Assembly: GCA_039698055.1 (NCBI GenBank)
Contig: JBDKTL010000034.1
Location: 1 to 11,140, forward strand
Reading direction: 5' to 3'
Origin: Methanoregula sp.
Lineage (GTDB): Archaea > Halobacteriota > Methanomicrobia > Methanomicrobiales > Methanospirillaceae
DNA length: 11,140 nucleotides
Part shown: positions 6,706 through 11,140 of the stretch, one piece after another
Layout of the letters: the number at the start of each line of letters is the position of its first letter
Position numbering within the stretch: the stretch's first letter is position 1
Notes under the pieces: model-generated
Databases searched by the model: none
Told to the model about the DNA's origin: nothing
Seen by the model: only the letters and a program-made list of their open reading frames with translations
Translations under genes and position numbers: made by a program

Positions 6706-7611
6706 ATGAAATACAAGATCCTCACAGTCCTGATCCTCTTCATCGCGATTGTCACCGTAACCGGATGCACGGGAGTGGGTAATAGCCTTGCAGATACCCG
6801 CACCACATCTGTCCAGGGTGCCATTTCTCCGGCAAACTATGCCGGAAGTGGCATTTATTCAGAAAAAGTGATGCAACCCGCAATCGCTACACCGGTACCA
6901 ACTTCAGTACATGACAGCACTACAGGCATTGATACCAAGATTATCAAAACCGCGTATATTACCGTTGAAGTAAAAGATGTCGCCGCATCTGTTGAATCCC
7001 TCAGGAACCTGGCAGCAGAGAGATCCGGCTACCTGTCCTCAACAAGCATGCAGAAAGGGTACAATGACCGGCTCTCGGGCACAGTAATAGTCCGGGTTCC
7101 GGCTGCAGAATTTGAAAACCTTTTAACGGGTGTAAAAGCGCTGGGCACGGTTAAATCCGTATCCACGCAGGGGCAGGATGTCACCGAAGAATATGTCGAT
7201 CTTGTCGCCCAGAAGACCTCGTACCAGAACCAGCTGGCACAATACAACACGATCATGAAAAGAGCGGAGAAGGTCGAAGATGTGATCACGGTCCAGCAGC
7301 AGATTGACCGGGTTCAGACTGAACTGAACCGGATTGAAGGCCGGATGAATTATCTCAACAACCGCATCGATCTCTCCACCATTACCGTCACCCTCCAGGA
7401 ACCGGAACCGGTCGGCGGTCAAACCGGGTATAACTTTATTGCGACCATCAATGAAGGCATCGCCGGGTTTATCGGGATGATCGACGCGATTATCGTTACC
7501 CTGTTTACCCTGCTGCCGCTCATCATCATTGGCGGTGCGGCCTACGGGATCTACCGGTGGAAGAAAGGCAAAAAACCGGTCGCTGCCCCGGCTGAACTAA
7601 AAAAAGAATAA
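6706..7611 (+). CDS. DUF4349 domain-containing lipoprotein with C-terminal membrane anchor
   Basis: Lipobox-type signal (…IVTVTGC). Family motifs KIIKTAYITVEV, GYLSS, VRVPAAEFE, QDVTEEYVDL, a coiled coil, RIEGRMNYLNNRIDLSTITVTL, then a C-terminal TM followed by RWKKGKK. Confidence 0.88.
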   Translation: MKYKILTVLILFIAIVTVTGCTGVGNSLADTRTTSVQGAISPANYAGSGIYSEKVMQPAIATPVPTSVHDSTTGIDTKIIKTAYITVEVKDVAASVESLRNLAAERSGYLSSTSMQKGYNDRLSGTVIVRVPAAEFENLLTGVKALGTVKSVSTQGQDVTEEYVDLVAQKTSYQNQLAQYNTIMKRAEKVEDVITVQQQIDRVQTELNRIEGRMNYLNNRIDLSTITVTLQEPEPVGGQTGYNFIATINEGIAGFIGMIDAIIVTLFTLLPLIIIGGAAYGIYRWKKGKKPVAAPAELKKE

Positions 7612-7622
7612 ATAATTAATCC

Positions 7623-7628
7623 TTTTTT
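7623..7628 (+). terminator. Oligo-T terminator candidate
   Basis: A T6 run ~12 nt after the stop at 7611. Confidence 0.4.
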
Positions 7629-7939
7629 ATCCCGTAAAAATCGCTAAAGCAACGCCGGATGTTCTCACACGTTTAATGCACCTTTCATTCCCCATGCAGG
7701 GATGACCCATCATGAAAACGTACCGGATATTAAAAAAGCGTGAAGTCTATAAGCGTGAAGTGGGACGGGAGTATTTTTTTTCTTCCCACGGTTTTGGTGA
7801 GGAAAATGCAGATTGATCAGTAACAGTGCATGCCGGTAACAGCAGGAAATACCTGTCCCGGACCCCATGACAAAAACCGGCGCATAATTAGTGATGGATC
7901 ATCATGGGGGGGAATCATGAAAAAAAGATCGGCGTTTTT

Positions 7940-8548
7940 TTATTTCTGTCCTTGTTGTTCAAGAAGAGTACGGATTTTTACCAGTTCAACAAGAACCTGC
8001 TCGTCCATGGTTAAAGGAGCCTTTGCAGGAGATACCCCGCCAGTCCCGTCGCCGTGGGCAGTGTTGCCGCGCACCATGAAACGGATCAGCTCGCGAAGCT
8101 CATCCGCATGGATCTGGCCCTCGATCTTTATTTCCGGCACGGCCTGCCCGGAATAACCTGCGGTTTGCAGGGCAAGCGTCGATATCCCGAACATCCGCAT
8201 CAACGGACCCTGCCGGATATCAAGGTTGGTGATACGGTTGTAGGGAACGATTCCCGTTGTCCGGAACCATACTCCCCGTTTCCAGCTGATCTCGTCCTCG
8301 CGGAGTTCATACCACATGCTTACGTAATACAGCCGTGCCCAGATAACAAAAATCGTGATAATGACAAGAAAACCGGCCACAATAAATCCATTCACCAGCA
8401 GGTCGGAACCGGCTTCCAGCAGGATCGGGAAACCCGTGAATCCAAAGATCAGGAGGACAAAAACGGTAAACCTCGTGATCAACAGGGAGACCAGTGAAGG
8501 TGCAGGTTTAAAGGGGGTGTTCAGGGGATAATGGGGATATGCAACCAT
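7940..8548 (-). CDS. YdbS-like membrane protein with bacterial PH (bPH_2) domain
   Basis: Two N-terminal TM helices, then WYELREDEISWKRGVWFRTTGIVPYNRITNLDIRQGPLMRMFGISTLALQTAG, the characteristic bPH_2/YdbS signature. Confidence 0.88.
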   Translation of the reverse strand: MVAYPHYPLNTPFKPAPSLVSLLITRFTVFVLLIFGFTGFPILLEAGSDLLVNGFIVAGFLVIITIFVIWARLYYVSMWYELREDEISWKRGVWFRTTGIVPYNRITNLDIRQGPLMRMFGISTLALQTAGYSGQAVPEIKIEGQIHADELRELIRFMVRGNTAHGDGTGGVSPAKAPLTMDEQVLVELVKIRTLLEQQGQK

Positions 8549-8695
8549 ACGATATCACCGGTACATAGGAGGGTTTGAGAGAAAAAGTGTTTGGGGAAAA
8601 TGAGATGCCAGGATGAAACAAGGGAAGGGGAATTGCAGGAACCCGACAACGGTATCAACGTTATCGGGAAACGCTGGAATCCATGATGTTCCATG

Positions 8696-8723
8696 AAAAA
8701 GACAGGACCGGGGGATTACCCCG
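8696..8723 (-). terminator. Hairpin plus T-tract downstream of the zinc-ribbon gene
   Basis: A CGGGG/CCCCG stem (8709-8713 with 8719-8723) is followed on - by TTTTT (8700-8696). It lies just after the in-frame TAA at 8743-8745. Confidence 0.4.
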
Positions 8724-8793
8724 TCATTCCTATGATTTGCGGTTATCTGGTTGTCGTGGCAGGTGCGGTCGTTGTGACCGTGGTACCGGTATC

Positions 8794-10278
8794 TCAGGCT
8801 ACCACTGGCGGTAGTGCCACGCCGGTTGTTACATCGACAGACAGGGTGACTTTACCTTTGCTGGCGGAGGTAACGCCTTTGGTGAGTTCCTTGCCGTCTT
8901 TATAGATCGCTACGGTGATCTCGTGGCTGGATCCGTCCAGTTTCCAGAACGAAGCCTGGATGCTGCCGGTTGCATTCTCTACTTCATACATACGTTCACC
9001 GGAATCAGTTCTTTTCTGGAGATCGGCAGCCGGGCCAAACGTCCCCGTCCATCCACCAAGATAGTCCACATAGACATAAACGCCGGTTGCAGGGATTGCC
9101 AGAGGTGTGGGTTCTGCCCGGACAATCGTGACCGCAGGGCCGGCTGTCACCGACTGGGTAACCGTGCCGGTCACCGTCCCGGTTACTTTAGGTGTTGTTG
9201 ATGGGGAAATGACAGATGAACCTGATCCGAGCTTCGGGAGTACCATGACAGCAGCTGCTGCAATAATGATGATAACGATAACAGCGATAGCCACGTACAG
9301 CATCTTCCCCCGCCCGGATTTACGGGGCGACAGGGGTTTTGCCGGAGGCGCTGTCGGCATGGACCCGGGAACAAGTGGCGTGGGCTGAAGGTCTTTTGGA
9401 GAAAAAAGCCGGGGAATAAACCGGCGTGCGGACGGTTTTGACGGTTTTCCGGCAATCGGTGCCCGTGCCGGCGGGGTAATTCCCGGAGTCCCGGGGAACG
9501 GTGCATTTTCTTCAAGACCCATGATATCGGCCGGCGTTATTTCCACGTGTGCAGCTGGTTTAGCCGGCCGGTTGGGCACTGCCCTGAGGGGATCACTGGG
9601 AGCCTTCACCGAGGATTTCTTAATAAGGGGTTCAATAGTCTGGATCTCATGGTCAATCGGGCGATGTTGTCTGCCAGCGACCGGGGCTGCTGCCGGTTGC
9701 GGAGATGAATATGCCGGTGGTTCTGAATCCGGCAGGACCACTCTCGCACCGCATTTGTTACAGAACTCTGAATTCTCGGGAACTTGGTTTCCACATTTGG
9801 TGCAGAAGGTTCCAAGGACAAACCCGGGAGACGCAGGTTCCGGAGCAGGCGGCGCGGGGGGAACTCTCGCAATATCAGTATAGGTCTGCGCCGCCGGTCC
9901 CGGCCCCGGGATCACTTTACGGATCACCTGTTCAAACGAGCTTGACGTATATTCGCGGATGTATTGGAGCCATGTATCGCGCTCGCTGAGCCGGTTCCCT
10001 CCTGATGCCCGGGAGAACGTGAGGATCATCTGGCGCACATCCCCGGTTTTTCCGATTACCGAAAGAATGAGCGTCAGTTCCCGGATCGCGTTCTCCCCGC
10101 CCTCCACCTCCTTGACAGTGGCAAGGGGGATCTCCTTTGGGGGGAGGAGATTTTTGATCCGATCGATCAGAATAATGCGTTTGTTGGTAAGGATGCCTTC
10201 AAACGACATGGATTTGACATGTATTGCCTGCGTCCGGACGAGGATCTTCTCGTCACCTCTCATTTCTGGATCATCCAT
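8794..10278 (-). CDS. Zinc-ribbon domain membrane protein (N-terminal PH-like domain, CxxC..CxxC, Pro-rich linker, single TM, Thr-rich linker, extracellular beta domain)
   Basis: N-terminal GILTNKRIILID..EIPLATVKEV (PH/GRAM-like). FCTKCG-x8-FCNKCG at ~9748-9807. TM LYVAIAVIVIIIIAAAAVMVLP after RKSGRGK. TVTG repeats. C-terminal beta-rich YVYVDYLGGWTGTFG domain. Confidence 0.85.
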   Translation of the reverse strand: MDDPEMRGDEKILVRTQAIHVKSMSFEGILTNKRIILIDRIKNLLPPKEIPLATVKEVEGGENAIRELTLILSVIGKTGDVRQMILTFSRASGGNRLSERDTWLQYIREYTSSSFEQVIRKVIPGPGPAAQTYTDIARVPPAPPAPEPASPGFVLGTFCTKCGNQVPENSEFCNKCGARVVLPDSEPPAYSSPQPAAAPVAGRQHRPIDHEIQTIEPLIKKSSVKAPSDPLRAVPNRPAKPAAHVEITPADIMGLEENAPFPGTPGITPPARAPIAGKPSKPSARRFIPRLFSPKDLQPTPLVPGSMPTAPPAKPLSPRKSGRGKMLYVAIAVIVIIIIAAAAVMVLPKLGSGSSVISPSTTPKVTGTVTGTVTQSVTAGPAVTIVRAEPTPLAIPATGVYVYVDYLGGWTGTFGPAADLQKRTDSGERMYEVENATGSIQASFWKLDGSSHEITVAIYKDGKELTKGVTSASKGKVTLSVDVTTGVALPPVVA

Positions 10279-10417
10279 ACGACCACGTTCCCACTGTTCT
10301 TTTTAATCCGTGTGATCTATGCGGAGAAAAAGATATTTGCCGGATAATGGCATGAATCATATACATATTTCTCTGCATTCCGGTAGTATGCAACAACCGG
10401 CCCTATGCAGGACACGC

Positions 10418-10867
10418 CTACCGGGAAAAGGCAAGGGTATCCGGGAATGCCCCGTGCCGGGCGAGCACATCCCGCAACGGGACTGAAGCCTGCATCCGCT
10501 GCCGGATCAGGGAGGAAATGGTAACACCCACCTCTTTTTCATTGTGATCGTCAGCCGGAATACTGACGAGACTGCCGGATAAGCCGCTGTCGAATATGGT
10601 CTTGATGATATGGTTCTGGACAAACGTCAGTTCGGTCATCATCTGCTGGCCGGGCACTTTTGCCGAGGCAAAGCTAAACCGTATCGAGTCTTCAAGCGGG
10701 TGAGGGATACCTTCAGCCGCAAGCCTGATGATACATTCAACCTCAAAATGCTCAGTTTCGGTTTTTTTCGGGATGGTATGCTCAATGGAGAGCATCTGTA
10801 CACGATCTGCCGGGATCAGGTGGATATGGTGATCCCGGTCCAGCATGGCAATACTAATCACTGTCAT
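10418..10867 (-). CDS. Hypothetical protein
   Basis: 149-aa ATG-started ORF with globular protein-like composition that fills the gap, co-oriented with the downstream gene. No family recognised. Confidence 0.7.
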   Translation of the reverse strand: MTVISIAMLDRDHHIHLIPADRVQMLSIEHTIPKKTETEHFEVECIIRLAAEGIPHPLEDSIRFSFASAKVPGQQMMTELTFVQNHIIKTIFDSGLSGSLVSIPADDHNEKEVGVTISSLIRQRMQASVPLRDVLARHGAFPDTLAFSR

Positions 10868-11075
10868 TAAGATTCACCGTTGCATGCTGTTTTATTCACA
10901 GGATTAAAGTCCTTGTGCTCACCAGTTGCCCGTATGATTGGGGGATTTTAAGGTACAAAAGTGCACGAATGTCCCCCTGATTTCCAGGTATCATGAAGAC
11001 ACTTTTGTACGGACAACAGTGCAGATGATGTACCTTCCAGCAAGCATTTAGGTGAACTGGCATTATGGTACTAGT

Positions 11076-11140
11076 ATGACAAAAGGGTTCATGGCAATCA
11101 TCATCCTTATGGTGGCAATGTTTGTTTCCATGGGTTGTTC
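11076..11140 (+). CDS. Start of a putative lipoprotein (3'-truncated by window edge)
   Basis: MTKGFMAIIILMVAMFVSMGC(S): basic N-terminus, hydrophobic core and a lipobox-like SMGC. The frame is open to the window end. Confidence 0.7.
   Translation, partial: MTKGFMAIIILMVAMFVSMGC

Noticed and set aside
7830-8156. 108-aa + ORF with a CPCC motif
   Set aside because: It is largely antisense to the well-supported bPH_2 gene and crosses its terminator region.
1834-8796. Genome-wide TGA recoding (Sec, Trp or Gly), prompted by the in-frame continuation at 8794 and the TGA-ATG junction at 5385-5380
   Set aside because: The kinase ends in TGA right after its normal C-terminal motif with a non-protein-like continuation, and none of the long genes contains an internal TGA. 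No convincing SECIS was seen, and a Thr-rich tail is not a Sec context.
9147-9186. Short imperfect repeats (GTCACCG/GTAACCG/CCGGT)
   Set aside because: They encode the TVTG low-complexity linker and are not a CRISPR or other DNA-level element.
1-11140. CRISPR arrays, tRNA/rRNA genes, transposases, integrases and defence genes
   Set aside because: No regularly spaced repeats, tRNA cloverleaf or T-loop motifs, rRNA-like stretches, or DDE/recombinase/nuclease motifs were seen by eye. ATCACCTCC at 5083-5091 is an isolated SD complement, not 16S rRNA.

Overview
Ordinary-looking archaeal chromosomal region. The SD motifs (GGTGA/GGAGGTGA), TATA boxes, oligo-T terminators and the style of the sensor kinase suggest a Methanomicrobiales (Methanoregula-like) methanogen; this is inference. 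Left to right it encodes: the 3' part of a tandem winged-HTH regulator, a flavin reductase/flavoredoxin-family gene divergent from a flavodoxin-like gene, a membrane HAMP-PAS-HATPase sensor kinase whose H-box His appears replaced by Ser, a HEAT-repeat protein, a secreted helical hypothetical protein, a DUF4349-type lipoprotein, a YdbS-like bPH membrane protein, a PH-like/zinc-ribbon/TM protein, a hypothetical protein, and the start of another lipoprotein at the right edge. No rRNA, tRNA, CRISPR array or transposase was seen. The main observations are: (1) a chain of small minus-strand ORFs (37, 50 and 85 aa) behind the secreted protein, each joined by the same GGTGA(stop within SD)-N5-start geometry; (2) the His-less pseudokinase; (3) an in-frame TGA that cuts a Thr-rich tail off the zinc-ribbon protein.
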